64,000 bases of DNA, from positions 62,001 through 126,000 of the forward strand of contig CBDIYR020000303.1 of assembly GCA_965287045.1 (NCBI GenBank), read 5' to 3'. This stretch comes from Carcharhinus amblyrhynchos (lineage: Eukaryota). Position numbers and translations under genes: made by a program. This document shows positions 54,401 to 64,000 of this stretch, piece by piece. Under the pieces are notes generated by a model that did no database searches, was not told where the DNA came from, and saw only the letters and a list, made by a program, of their open reading frames with translations. How positions within the stretch are numbered: the first letter of the stretch is position 1; each line of letters begins with the position of its first letter.

Positions 54401-57400
54401 GACTGAAAAAATTTGAGGATTTATCAGCTTTTGAATGCAATCCAGCATTTATAATAGGACTTATGTTTATAAAGTGGATAAGAGGTGGAGGTGGGGATAG
54501 ATGAAAGACAGAAATCAATAGGGAATAGGGAGTGTGAGAAGGGTAATTGGGTGAGGGGTGGAGGTTAGGGAGATAGGGGAAAATACATTTAAATTTTGAA
54601 ATTACTTTAAATTAATTTTAAAACATGTTGAGTCCTAATTTTGATGTTAATGTTTCCTCTGTTAATATCAGGGTGTGATGTTTCCTTTGTTAATTTTGAT
54701 ACAAAATAACTCCATGTCAGTTGTTGATTACATGCTTCCTGCAGCGTTAGCTGCATATCATGGATGGCACCCTCATCTCTGCCTCAGAAAGTTGTGGGTT
54801 GAAGTCCCACTCCAGTGACTTTAGTCTAATCACAGGGAGGCCAGACTAGGAAAGGGTAGCGAGCTCTCAGTTGTCTTTTCTCACATGCCAACCTACATTG
54901 ATTCAATCTTTGATCAGATTTAGACTTGAGACCTCTGGGTTTCCAAACCAACCTACAATCTCTGCAGCTGATGTATTGCTTTCATTTATCGTCCAGCGTT
55001 TGCTTTCTTCAACCCATTTTATTTCTTAAAACATGCTCAGAGCCATTTTCAATTTCACCGACTGCCTGATACTCTGGTGGATAATCGGCTTGTTGATTTC
55101 AAAGGGCGAGCGATTGACTCTGCCAGTTTATCACCCAACTGCTTTGTTTTTTTTCCAACTGGCATGATTCACATGTAAAGAAAGGGCAAGTGAAGTGAGG
55201 TATGTGCTGATTGCTCAAAAGAACAATTGTGAGAGTGTGCACTCCCTCTGTGTCCAAAGTGTAAATATTTCTTTGGTTTTTATCACTTGAAGTTGATGAC
55301 AGTTATGTTAATATATAAATGATTAACCATTTCCCAGAACTGACTATAAAATATTTGGCATGTATTAAATGCATTTCACATTATTCATGGGGTCATGGTT
55401 AGCAAGCAAGCTCGATTTTGAGCCTGCAGCCACTCACTCGCCTAGGCTACCTATCACTGTCTTAAACTGACATGCTGGAATTTGAATTCAGAGTTCTCTG
55501 AATTCCAAGTCCAGCAACATAATCACTGACACGATTGTGTCGTCAAAATAAATAAAACAATCTCAAGTTTTTACACACATCCCTGTCCTGATAAGTATAA
55601 TTATTAATTAAAAGATGATTAAAAGTTTATTCTGTGTATGTCCTAATTATTCTGTTTTTAATTGTAACATAATTAACATTTCAGAAAACTGTTCAGGACT
55701 TCAACTTTCACCCGATTACAAAAATGTATCGTATTCCAATGATGACGTGACGGGTGAGTTTTCCATTATCATGATCACACTATGGCCAGAATTCTCCAGC
55801 CATTCATGCCCTGCCATTGCTACCAGTGAGACTGCAGAATTCCCGCCGTGTGCAAGATCGCAGAATTCCAGCCTATGTCAACTCAGAAACAGTTACACAG
55901 AGAAAGCCAAAGGTGTCATGTAATGATGTTGGGTCACTTAAATTGTTTTACTCACTTTTACCCAATTACTGACCCTATGATTATTGACCTACTACAATTA
56001 TTGATGTTACAATTATCGACCCTGTAGTTATTGACTCACCATGAATCAGTTCTTCTCTTCATAAGCACTGTGATGTAGTGCTGTAACTTTGACATCCTTA
56101 TCTTTTGCTCACCCTGTTCCTGATCTTGATGTCTGCAGTAGGATTGAGGGCCTTCAGTTCTGTGGAGAGAATACAATAGCTGGGAATATTCTCCATGGCA
56201 CAGGGAACATAAAGTTTAGTAGTGTTCAGAGTTTTTTTTTAAAATAGAAAATGCTGGAAAAACTCAGCATCGATGGAGAGAATCAGAGTTAACATTTTGG
56301 GTGCAATCTTACCGAATTTTTACACCCCACCACCGCTGCGAGGATGGAAAATTTGGTGCTTGACCAAATTTCTGTTCACTGAAGCGGGACCAGAAAATCC
56401 TGCCAGCGAGAATGGCCAGAAAATTCTACTTTTTGGAAGTGACCTTACAAAAAAATTCTAAATGTCAACCGAACGTGAAAATGGGAGACATTCTCCCTTT
56501 TTTTGGCGACTAAAAGAATCTAATCTTACCTGACTCTGTCGACAAAATGTGACCATACCAGTTTCTCATTAGCAAGGGAGTTGGCGGGCCTTGGTGCACC
56601 TGACAGCCAGCTGATAGCAGCAGAGGGTCTCATTATGCAAATGCAGACCTGTGTGTTCTGTGATTGCAAACCCAAACACACCCTGCCTGGACAAATCACA
56701 GCCAAAACAACCACCACCCCCCCCGCCCCACCCTGGCCTTGCGCACAGATGGTCAGCTGGTGTAGAGTGCACAGCTGTTCACCAGGCTGGCACTGCCCAA
56801 GGGGCACACCTGTCTGCCACTGACCTTTCAGGGTGGGTTCTCCGGATGACCAGCAAGGCCATCACAACAGGTCCCCATTGATGATCCTCACTGGAGAAAA
56901 TCTTCACCAGCGAGACCAGAGAGGCAAGTGAGCCCAGACAATTCCACCGTAGCCTCACTTGTAATATTTACCTAACCATTTAAATATTACAATGGTAAGA
57001 TCGCAAGATGCAAGAAATCAGGCCTGAACCTCATTTCTTGGCTCTCTTGTGATCTTATTGGCTTGCCCTGCCCATTGGCCAGTGGGGCAAAATGGTAAGA
57101 TTTGAGACACTTTGAGTCTGTTTGGCTTTACTTCTAGGGTCTGCATAGGAGTCTTTTGGACTTAAAATGTTAACTTTATTTTTTTTCTCCACAGATGCTA
57201 CCAGACCTGCTGAGTTTTTCCAGACTTTTTTTTGTGTCTGATTTTCAATCTGCAGTATTTTGATTTTATTTTGGGGATCAGGACTAATTGGATAACTCTT
57301 TCCAGGAATCATGATGGGCCAAATGTCTGTGCTTTAAGATTTTGTAATAAATTCTGAACCATAAGGTATTTTCAAGGAGTTAGATATATCTCTTGGGCAA

Positions 57401-60400
57401 AGGACATTAAAGGACATGGGGGGAAGGCAGAATCAGCCTATTGAGTTGGATGATCAGCCATGATCATAATAAATGGTGAAGCAGGCCCGAAGGGCCGAAT
57501 GGCCTAATCCAGCTTCTATTTTCGATGCTCCTGAAAGTGTCAGTTGCTCACTTAATCTGTTGAAAGCAATTTGTGTCATGGTGAAAACAAGAGCCTCGCT
57601 ACTTTAATGAAAACTAACCAGTTAGTGTGAATCTCAGTGATTTTAACACTCTAGCTTTGCTTGTAGTTATGCCTATTACACTGTCACTGATAATTCATTT
57701 CTGTCTGCATTAGTGAAGATTTATCAGCTGACTGTGTTTTGCATAGACAAAATTTCACCATTTCCTGTCTCCAATCATGCTACCCATATTGGACATCAAA
57801 CACTCTGATTAGAAATTGTCCTGCAATGCATTGTGGATTATGTCTCCATGGTATTTCAGTACAATCATGAAAGAGGTACCGTGCAATGTACTATGGGGTG
57901 AGTACTATGGCCAACTGAATTCCCTGAGGAATGTTCTTCCACATGGGAGAAGATCTGGGTGCTCTTCAGAGCTTGGCAATGGTATTTATAATAACCCCAG
58001 GAGTCGGCGATAAAAGAACTGCGCTTTTATTGCACAAAATGAAAATAAACAATAACCACTAGCCTGTGGTGAACAAAACAGGTGACAACCAGGACTGAAA
58101 AGGTTAATGGAGCCTCTCAAGGTCTTGCTTTATGCAGGGCTCAGTATACAAGCTCCACGTGGTTGACTAGTTACAAATTCCCAGGGAGCTCATATTGAAC
58201 AAACCCAACTGGGAGGTCAGTTAGTGATTCCCCATGCAGATCATGGGGATAAGTTCTCACAGTATTATTCCTGATTGGGTCAGGATATCTGAGTCAGGTG
58301 GGTTGAAAACCAGGGAGAAGGGGGACTAAAGGAAGTGCATGGCCATTCAGATGGGTGGGTGAAAGTCAGGTGAAGAAAACTGCCCTTGGAAAACTATCAG
58401 CTTAAGTCAAGATGAGCACATTACAGACCGACAATGACAAATAGTACCAGTGGAGAACAAGCATCTGCAGGATTAAGTAAAATAAAGTGACATTCCGATC
58501 AGAGACCATTATCTTTCTGGGGACAGGTAGTGGTGGAATGCAGATGCTGGAAATTCAAAATGGAGCCCAGGTAACTCTGGTTGACTAAGTGCCCGAATAG
58601 GAGCATGATGGCAATATACCTCCGAATCTTCTTTTGTTGAGCACTGCTTGTTTAGCTCACTGGTCGTACATATAAGATTGCTACAAAGCTGTGCACATGT
58701 GCATCATCATTGATTGTGTGTGGGATTCCTTATTGTGTTTGGTCTTGTGGTACATCCACTATTGCTGGGCAGCTGAGGGGAAATATTTACAGAGAGTGCA
58801 GGATACCTTTGGTAATGACATTGTTTTCTGCTCTTCATTCAACAGTTGGTTGCAAAGTGAATGTGGACGACAAAGTCAACGGCTATTATACAGCTGAAAA
58901 TATATCCTCGGGTTTGGTCTGTGTGTCCAGGTGTCACAAAGAGAGTAAAAATGCTTTACAGTGCATATATGGAAAATGCGAGCTCTCAACGAAAGGCCCC
59001 AAGTGCTTGTAAGGTTCAATTGTTAGGACTGTATTTGATCCATAGTGGTTAATTTGACAAAGCCTATATTTGCCACCTCTGTAGAATTTGTCATGATATC
59101 TCCAGATTTATGGATTAATCTCTTAGATAATTCTGCAGGAAGAAAAATCATTGTAGTATTAAAAAGAACTGAACGCTTTCATATTTTCATTGAACACTCT
59201 TGTTTATGATTTTAAATGCAGTAGAAAAGGCTGTATGGGTGGGGAGGTTGAATGTGCTGTGCCAAAACCTCCAACCAGACCTGAAATCCCATCAGAAAGG
59301 ACCACAGGTTATGGAATTGGTGCAGCCCTACACCTTGACCTAGGAGTGCCAGCTCAAAACATCCACAGTACAGCTTTTTAAATTTCATGTTGTTAATGAA
59401 TTGATCTCTGTTCGGTAACTACTTTACATGATGCTTACTTAACCAATACTGGGAGTGTTTGATGGGGACAAGGAACTTCACTCAGTATCTAACCCTGTGC
59501 TGTACCTGTCCTGGGAGTGTTTGATGGGGACAGTGTCGAGGTAGCTTTACTCTGTATCTAACCCCGTGCTGTACCTGTCCTGGGAGTGTTTGATGGGGGA
59601 CAGTGTAGAGGGAGCTTTACTCTGTATCTAACCCTGTGCTGTACCTGTCCTGGGAGTGTTTGATGGGGGACAGTGTAGAGGGAGCTTTACTCTGTATCTA
59701 ACCCTGTGCTGTACCTGTCCTGGGAGTGTTTGATGGGGACAGTGTCGAGGTAGCTTTACTCTGTATCTAACCCCGTGCTGTACCTGTCCTGGGAGTGTTT
59801 GATGGGGGGGACAGTGTAGAGGGAGCTTTACTCTGTATCTAACCCCGTGCTGTACCTGTCCTGGGAGTGTTTGATAGTGGGACAGTGTAGAGGGAGCTTT
59901 ACTCTGTATCTAACCCTGTGCTGTACCTGTCCTGGGACTGTTTGATGGGGACAGTGTCGAGGTAGCTTTACTCTGTATCTAACCCCGTGCTGTACCTGTC
60001 CTGGGAGTGTTTGGTGGTGGACAGTGTAGAGGGAGCTTTACTCTGTATCTAACCCTGTGCTGTACCTGTCCTGGGACTGTCTGATGGGGACAGTGTAGAG
60101 GGAGCTTTACTCAGTATCTAACCCCATGCTGTACCTGTCGTGGGAGTGTTTGATGGGGGTACAGTGCAAAGGGAGCTTTACTCAATATCTAACTCCATGC
60201 TGTATCTATCCTTGGAATGTTTGATGGGGATGGTGTGTAGACGGAGCTTTACTCTGCATCTAAACCTGTGCTGTAACTGTCCTGGGAGCGTTTGATGGGC
60301 ACAGTGAAGATGGAGCTTTACTGTGTATCTAACCCCATGCTGTACCTGTCCTGGGGGTGTTTGATGGGGACAAGGTACAGGGAGCTTCACTCTGTATTTA

Positions 60401-61459
60401 ATCCCATGCCGTACCTGTCCTGGGAGTGTTTGATGGGGACGAGATATGGGGAACTTTACTCTGTACCTAACACGTGCCATACCTATCCTGGCGGTGTTCG
60501 GCGGGGGACGGTGCAGAGGGAGCTTTACTCAGTATCTAACCCTGTGCTGTACCTGTCCTGGGAGTGTTTGATGGGGACAGTGTACAGGGAGCTTTACTCT
60601 GTATCTAACCTCGTGCTGTACCTGTCCTGGGAGTGTTTGATGGGGGACAGTGTAGAGGGAGCTTTACTCTGTATCTAACCCCATGCTGTACCTGTCCTGG
60701 GAGTGTTTGATGGGGGGACAGTGTAAAGGGAGCTTTACTCTGTATCTAACCCCGTGCTGTACCTGTCCTGGGAGTGTTTGATGGGGGACAGTGTAGAGGG
60801 AGCTTTACTCTGTATCTAACCCCGTGCTGTACCTGTCCTGGGAGTGTTTGATGGGGACAGTGTAGAGGGAGCTTTACTCTGTATCTAACCCCGTGCTGTA
60901 CCTGTCCTGGGAGTGTTTGATGGGGACAGTGTAGAGGGAGCTTTACTCAGTATCTAACCCTGTGCTGTACCTGTCCTGGGAGTGTTTGATGGGGACAGTT
61001 AGAGGGAGCTTTACTCTGTATCTAACCCCATGCTGTACCTGTCCTGGGAGTGTTTGATGGGGGACAGTTAGAGGGAGCTTTATTCTGTATCTAACCCCGT
61101 GCTGTACCTGTCTTGGGAATTTTTTTTGGAGACAGTGTAGAGAGAGCTTTATTCTGTATCTAACCCCGTGCTGTACCTGTCTTGGGAATTTTTTTTGGAG
61201 ACAGTGTAGAGGGAGCTTTACTCTGGATGTTCATTCTAGTTTAGTCATTTCAAAGAACTTGACCATTTATTTTTGGTTGCAGCTGTGACACGTCAAAGGA
61301 TTACTGGTACATCGGAGAAAACTGCCAACTCCAAGTCCATATATTGACACTAATCCTGGTGACAGTAGCCATGGCTCTGATAATCATCAGCGTGCTGACT
61401 GTGATGATTGTGTGTTGCATAAGATACCGGCACACAAACAAGCAAAACTCTATGTTAAG
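356..61459 (+). CDS. Spliced membrane-bound mucin, MUC3/MUC12/MUC17-like (PTS cassette exons - EGF-like - SEA - EGF-like - TM); partial, 5' end and cytoplasmic-tail end outside the window
   Basis: 75 AG/GT-bounded Thr/Ser-rich cassette exons (73 of 114 nt, 2 of 113 nt) followed by 8 unique exons with mutually consistent phases (1,1,1-0,0-2,2-1,1,1-2,2-2). They translate into the known CRD1-SEA-CRD2-TM architecture of MUC3-type mucins. Orthology to a specific gene was not tested. Confidence 0.9.
640..900 (-). mobile_element. Decayed SINE (Deu-domain/SacSINE-like) fragment in the A-to-B intron, amplified with every unit
   Basis: ga(t/c)agtgaagcactccctctgagcactactgagaggatcagcctagcttttgctc and tcctgcttctgttcacaatgtacc resemble the single-copy element at 48330-48660 and my recollection of the reverse strand of shark Deu-SINEs. 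Family assignment is from memory only. Confidence 0.45.
1063..1176 (+). CDS. Mucin PTS cassette exon B (first copy): GTTSTEQVSTSESSSTGSPAATSRPNPGLTSTGPRTSG
   Basis: tttaaacAG|GAACA...TCAGGAG|GTAAAT, 114 nt, phase 1-1. Copies start at 1063, 2317, 3572, 4826, 6080, 7334, 8590, 9844, 11099, 12353, 13607, 14861, 16116, 17370, 18624, 19878, 21133, 22387, 23641, 24896, 26149, 27402, 28656, 29910, 31163, 32416, 33670, 34923, 36176, 37431. Confidence 0.88.
4119..4232 (+). pseudogene. Exon A copy 4 with nonsense change (CGA>TGA at 4133-4135)
   Basis: Sequence reads GA ACC TCA TCA ACA TGA where other copies read ACA CGA. Confidence 0.75.
27951..28063 (+). pseudogene. Exon A copy 23: 113 nt, in-frame TGA at 28016-28018, acceptor changed TAG>GAG
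   Basis: tcttagaGAG|GAACC; TTAACATGAGT replaces TTAACCATCAGT. Confidence 0.8.
36725..36837 (+). pseudogene. Exon A copy 30: 113 nt, in-frame TGA at 36790-36792, acceptor changed TAG>GAG
   Basis: Same lesions as copy 23, 8,774 bp downstream. Confidence 0.8.
37980..47384 (+). CDS. 15 diverged 114-nt PTS cassette exons at the 3' edge of the array
   Basis: C-type (GTSSTGQESTGESTSTVTTPLTSSADVPTSSSAAPTSG) at 37980-38093, 41125-41238, 43806-43919, 44501-44614. B-type at 38766-38879, 40575-40688, 41910-42023, 43266-43379, 45286-45399, 46393-46506. A-type at 39869-39982, 42464-42577, 45826-45939, 47271-47384. Hybrid at 39320-39433. All keep AG/GT, 114 nt and an open frame despite intron indels. Confidence 0.87.
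47805..48010. mobile_element. Short GC-rich non-autonomous (MITE-like) interspersed repeat
   Basis: gcagaattttc...ggaccagaagattccgcc. Related GC-rich patches with gaattctcc/gaaaat(t/c)cc ends occur at ~51740-51872, ~52735-52932, ~55785-55850 and ~56300-56430. Confidence 0.4.
48086..48163 (+). CDS. Unique Thr-rich linker exon: VFTTTSSMTTTIRQSSTNTNEVPSTT
   Basis: aaacAG|TATTT...CTACAG|GTGAAT, 78 nt, phase 1-1. Confidence 0.8.
48330..48660 (-). mobile_element. Deu-domain-type SINE remnant
   Basis: gagaactcccctgcttttcttccaataagtgcc...cactccctcagtcttgcattg...ggagtgggcttga. A plus-strand relative lies at ~52190-52340. Confidence 0.55.
48858..48968 (+). CDS. Cys-rich EGF-like domain 1 exon: VLPVNQCENGGSSVDGKCICPMPYQGEYCKSVSNSFP
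   Basis: tcttcAG|TTCTA...TTCCAG|GTAAGT, 111 nt, phase 1-1. CxNGG...CxC...YxGxxC pattern with 4 Cys as in MUC3/MUC17 CRD1. Confidence 0.93.
49100..50115. repeat. ~27-28-bp minisatellite (ATTAACACAGGAAACATTACACACCAAT)
   Basis: Visible tandem repetition, roughly 36 degenerate copies. Confidence 0.95.
50040..50346 (+). repeat. Left arm of ~280-300-bp long-range inverted repeat
   Basis: Reverse complement of 54411-54693, e.g. ccacctcttatccactttataaacataagtcctattataaatgct vs agcatttataataggacttatgtttataaagtggataagaggtgg. Confidence 0.92.
50860..50978 (+). CDS. SEA domain exon 1: GIVTYVIRVTVEVQNRNYSTELENRTSDEFRNFSKEFKQQ
   Basis: ttgcAG|GAATC...CAACAG|GTTGGA, 119 nt, phase 1-0. Typical SEA N-terminal Y/F-x-x-x-L-x-N-x-x-S-x-x-F motif. 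Confidence 0.9.
51265..51335 (+). mobile_element. Tiny L2/CR1 reverse transcriptase remnant
   Basis: gacatggttgaccacaccattctcctccaatgcctg translates DMVDHTILLQCL, similar to the FDTVDHxILL RT motif. Confidence 0.5.
52001..52059 (+). CDS. SEA domain exon 2: MKLVYGRIRGYDTVEITMT(S)
   Basis: Pyrimidine tract, ttttatAG|ATGAAA...ACAAG|GTAAGG, 59 nt, phase 0-2. Confidence 0.9.
52400..52720 (+). mobile_element. CR1-clade LINE ORF2 C-terminal fragment, decayed
   Basis: Translates approximately VQK*FNRMVPEMRDFNYVERLEELGFFYLEQRRLKRGL, matching the CR1 'VQRRFTRM..ERL..LGLFSLE.RRLRGDL' motif. Confidence 0.8.
53370..53509 (+). CDS. SEA domain exon 3 with autoproteolysis motif: (S)PG/SIITNHKAIFNIEAQKFNDNVLKITEEHIRERLQDTNCTNENKS
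   Basis: ctctccttcatgattcaAG|TCCGGGCAGC...AAATCAG|GTAAGA, 140 nt, phase 2-1. GSII corresponds to the G/SVVV cleavage motif. Confidence 0.9.
53990..54335 (-). mobile_element. tRNA-derived SINE
   Basis: Reverse complement begins GGTAGTGGCTTAGTGGTATTG (A-box-like) ... GGATTTGAATCCCACC (B-box-like). A more decayed plus-strand relative lies at ~61500-61845. Confidence 0.65.
54411..54693 (-). repeat. Right arm of long-range inverted repeat; includes ~2 units of the 27-bp minisatellite in reverse
   Basis: Reverse complement of 50040-50346. Confidence 0.92.
55685..55753 (+). CDS. Post-SEA linker exon: ENCSGLQLSPDYKNVSYSNDDVT
   Basis: catttcAG|AAAAC...GTGACGG|GTGAGT, 69 nt, phase 1-1. Confidence 0.82.
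57360..57530 (+). mobile_element. CR1-type LINE 3' tail fragment
   Basis: gatcagccatgatc...aatggtgaagcaggcccgaagggccgaatggccta is the characteristic CR1/HER1-like 3' end. Confidence 0.75.
58846..59008 (+). CDS. Cys-rich/EGF-like domain 2 exon: VGCKVNVDDKVNGYYTAENISSGLVCVSRCHKESKNALQCIYGKCELSTKGPKC(F)
   Basis: ttcaacAG|TTGGT...AAGTGCTT|GTAAGG, 163 nt, phase 1-2. CVSxC...CxxGxC....GPxC pattern of MUC3-type CRD2. Confidence 0.93.
59448..61228. repeat. ~69-71-bp minisatellite (CTGTACCTGTCCTGGGAGTGTTTGATGGGGACAGTGTAGAGGGAGCTTTACTCTGTATCTAACCCCGTG), ~25 copies
   Basis: Visible tandem repetition with variable G-run length. I recall this motif as a common dispersed minisatellite in shark genomes. 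Confidence 0.97.
61283..61459 (+). CDS. EGF2 end + transmembrane helix + start of cytoplasmic tail: CDTSKDYWYIGENCQLQVHILTLILVTVAMALIIISVLTVMIVCCIRYRHTNKQNSML
   Basis: ggttgcAG|CTGTGAC...GTTAAG|GTACTT, 177 nt, phase 2-2. YWYxGExC motif, ~26 hydrophobic residues, then CC and basic stop-transfer residues. Confidence 0.93.
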
Positions 61460-61499
61460 GTACTTCAGTCACCTTTTCTCATCTCTCCTTGTTTGTCTT

Positions 61500-61845
61500 G
61501 GCTTCCATGGACTAATTAAGTAGAGAAGTCAAGTTTAAATCCCTGAATGCCAGTTTCAGATTGGAATTTTATTTAACTAATGTAAAAATAACTCACTGGT
61601 TTCAATGACCATGGAGTTGCTGGATTGATACAACAACCCAACAAAACCATTATACTCTAGGGAAGGAAATCTGCATCCTAATCCAGTCTGTTATCCAAGA
61701 CTTCAATCCAACATCAATGTGGGTCATCTCTTAATTGCTCTCGGATGTATCATAGTGTTTCAGTTCAAGGGGAAGGCTCACCATGAGTTCTCAGGAAAAT
61801 GAGAAATGGGCATTATATGCTGGCCATATAACTGATGCCCACTTA
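61500..61845 (+). mobile_element. Decayed tRNA-SINE, same family as 53990-54335
   Basis: aatgaccatgga...agggaaggaaatctgcatcct...atgggca...atgctggcc...gatgcccac mirrors the reverse complement of the 54-kb element. Confidence 0.55.
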
Positions 61846-63309
61846 ATAATAAATTAATGAAAAGTAAAATGGAATGTGATTCCCGCTCATCTAGTCCTCT
61901 GAGAACTGGGCCAAAGAGATCCTTCAAGGGACAAACCTGTTCAGTACCACTCCAACTCTGCATTCACTGAAACTAACACACGACAAAATCTTTGCAATCC
62001 AACAGGGAGAAGAGAGGCAAACAGAAAGTAGATTGGTGGGAGGAGGACACTTGGGAGTGGCCATACAAAGGTTTAACCCTTGGAAATCCTGCTGCTGGGA
62101 ATTTGCATGGTAAGATTCAAGGTCTTTTGAGATACGTAGTTAATAAACTGTCATGACATACCTGATGTATCTGACATCAGATTGACACAGCCAGCGAGGA
62201 GAATCAGAGCAACTGCCGCACAAGTGATGGTGAAAGGTATTTGATTAAGTTTAGTGTATCCAACATTTTTGGACATCCAGAAGATAACAGAAGCTTTGGC
62301 CAGGTGGGATCCTACTTCACTGGGAGTCTGGGTGTTGGGCACTATTCAGAAATGCTGGGTGCTATGATCTGAGATGATGCAAGACTTGGACAGTCAAGGT
62401 GCTGTGATGTTGAGAAGCTGCGAGACTCAGTGATCTGAGTGCTGGTATCCTGCATCAATCAGATTCTGGATGCTGGTGTGATAACATGGCCCCTTTAAGG
62501 GACACATGATCAGGATGGAGCTATGCAGAGGGTGTGTGGGAATTGGGAGCAAAACCGTGTGTCCTGGGATCAGGAAGGGGATCCTCAAATGGAGCCAGGG
62601 AGAAGAGAATAGACTTGTATATTAGATCTGTCAGACCTTTATCTCATATATACTTTATATTAGTTAATAAACCATTATTTGTTGAAGCCACAATGAGTCA
62701 CCTCCCAATTTACTGAAGCTGGGATCCTGCATCATTGGATTCTGGTTGCTAGAATGTGGCCTGTTGCTGGATTTGGAATTCAGTATTATGGGAGGTGGGA
62801 AGGTTGGTGCCAGCATCCCTCAGGTGAGGTCTGGCTCCAGAACGTTATCAGTGCTATAGACCTTTCAATGGTAAGGAGCGTACAAGGTATTTTAACAACT
62901 GTGTTCAAATCTGCAGGTTCAGCCATGAACACGGAACTGAAGAACTTCTCCCCCAGAATGGAGGCCATGGACTCATCTTCTAGGGTAGGACTGCATTTGG
63001 AAATCTGACTGTTAGGATTCAATTGGATAGAAATTGAGTATGTCCCATGGTGGTGTTAAGCTGAGGCCTGAGAGGCACTTCCCCAGTTACTGGCGGATGT
63101 GAGGTTTTTTGGGCAGCAAGACTGGTCTGGCTAACAAACTACAATGAGTCTGACTTAATTAGGTGATTGGGGGGATGGGAATTGCACAGTGGTTGATGAC
63201 AGCCCCCAGTTTTAATATGAATTCATGGAGAGCCATTCCTGTTCCTCACAGCCCCCTACTCAGGTGGGCTACAGCCCCAGCTCATTGCAGAGACATTTGT
63301 TCAAGAAGA

Positions 63310-64000
63310 AAGTAAGAAATAGGAGTAGGAGTAGACCGTTCAGCCTATCATGCCTGCTTTGCCATTCAATACAATTCTGGCTGTTTCTCGGCTTCAACTA
63401 CACCTTCTCCACATCTCAGTCCTAAATGATCAGCTTCTTTTCCTGGGACTGTACCCCCATGTTTTATATTCCTCAACCACTGGAAACAATCTCTCTGTGT
63501 TCATCATGCCAAGCCCCTTCAGAAGTTTGTACCTTTCAATCAAATCGCTTCTAATTTTCCAAACCCCAGTGAATATAGACCTTCATACTCAGCCTCTTAA
63601 CATAGGTCAATCCCCTTATCCCAGGAAACAATCTAGTGAACCTTCACTGCACTTCTCCAATATAAGCATATCATTCCAAACCACAGTATTCCTGGTGTGG
63701 TCTTGCCAAAGCCCTGTGCAAATGTAATACTTTATTTTTCTTGGACTTGAATCCCCCTGCAATAAAGAACAACGACATTCAATTTGCCTTTCTGATTGCT
63801 TGCGGTACCTTCATGCTAACTTGTGTTACTTGTACAAATACACCAAGTCCCTTTGAAAATTAACATTTACAAGTTTCACATCTTTTAGAAATATTTTGCA
63901 TTTCTATTTTAATGATCGAAGTGAATAATCTTACACTTTCCTCCTTGTTGCTGACTCACTCAACTGTCCATATCGCTTTGCAGTCTCTGTGTATCCTCTT
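63310..64000 (-). mobile_element. CR1-clade LINE fragment (3' tail and ORF2 end), decayed
   Basis: aggagtagaccgttcagcct...gccattcaata is the reverse 3' tail. atctagtgaaccttcactgcac (reverse of VQ.RFTR) and atttgccttt...ttgct...acct (reverse of QV...KAN) are also present. Confidence 0.8.

Noticed and set aside
56243-57260. Short inverted arms (aatgctggaaaaactcagca / tgctgagtttttccag) around GC-rich sequence with small ORFs
   Set aside because: Looks like a common palindromic shark repeat with nested decayed insertions. It encloses no exon and the ORFs have no domain.
60178-60678. 100-aa and 128-aa ORFs
   Set aside because: Translations of the 69-bp minisatellite.
62476-62715. Possible solo LTR (TG start, AATAAA); a similar candidate at ~57980-58262
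   Set aside because: No clear target-site duplication or second copy could be established by eye.
61460-64000. Remaining cytoplasmic-tail exon(s) and PDZ-binding C-terminus
   Set aside because: No convincing phase-2 exon found; they probably lie beyond the window.

Overview
Vertebrate genomic DNA, probably a shark or other cartilaginous fish (inferred from the repeat types). It holds the middle and 3' part of one very large + strand membrane-bound mucin gene of the MUC3/MUC12/MUC17 type. The 5' exons and the last cytoplasmic exons lie outside the window. The ORF track is almost entirely spurious because the real coding sequence is spliced. Positions 1-47.4 kb are a tandem array of exon+intron cassettes. 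A ~1,254-bp unit carries two paralogous 114-nt, phase-1/phase-1 exons (A and B, 38 aa each, Thr/Ser/Pro-rich) and is repeated 30 times near-identically to ~37.9 kb. About 9.5 kb of diverged copies follow, giving 75 cassette exons in total (~2,800 aa of PTS domain). Downstream unique exons encode a Thr-rich linker, Cys-rich EGF-like domain 1, a SEA domain with a G/SIIT autocleavage motif, EGF-like domain 2, a transmembrane helix and the start of the cytoplasmic tail. Three cassette exons carry in-frame stops, two of them coupled to a damaged splice acceptor. The array also shows higher-order repeat structure and a chimeric A/B exon. A long intronic inverted repeat brackets exactly the in-frame-skippable SEA module. 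All exon calls were made by eye from AG/GT signals and reading-frame continuity, with no transcript evidence.
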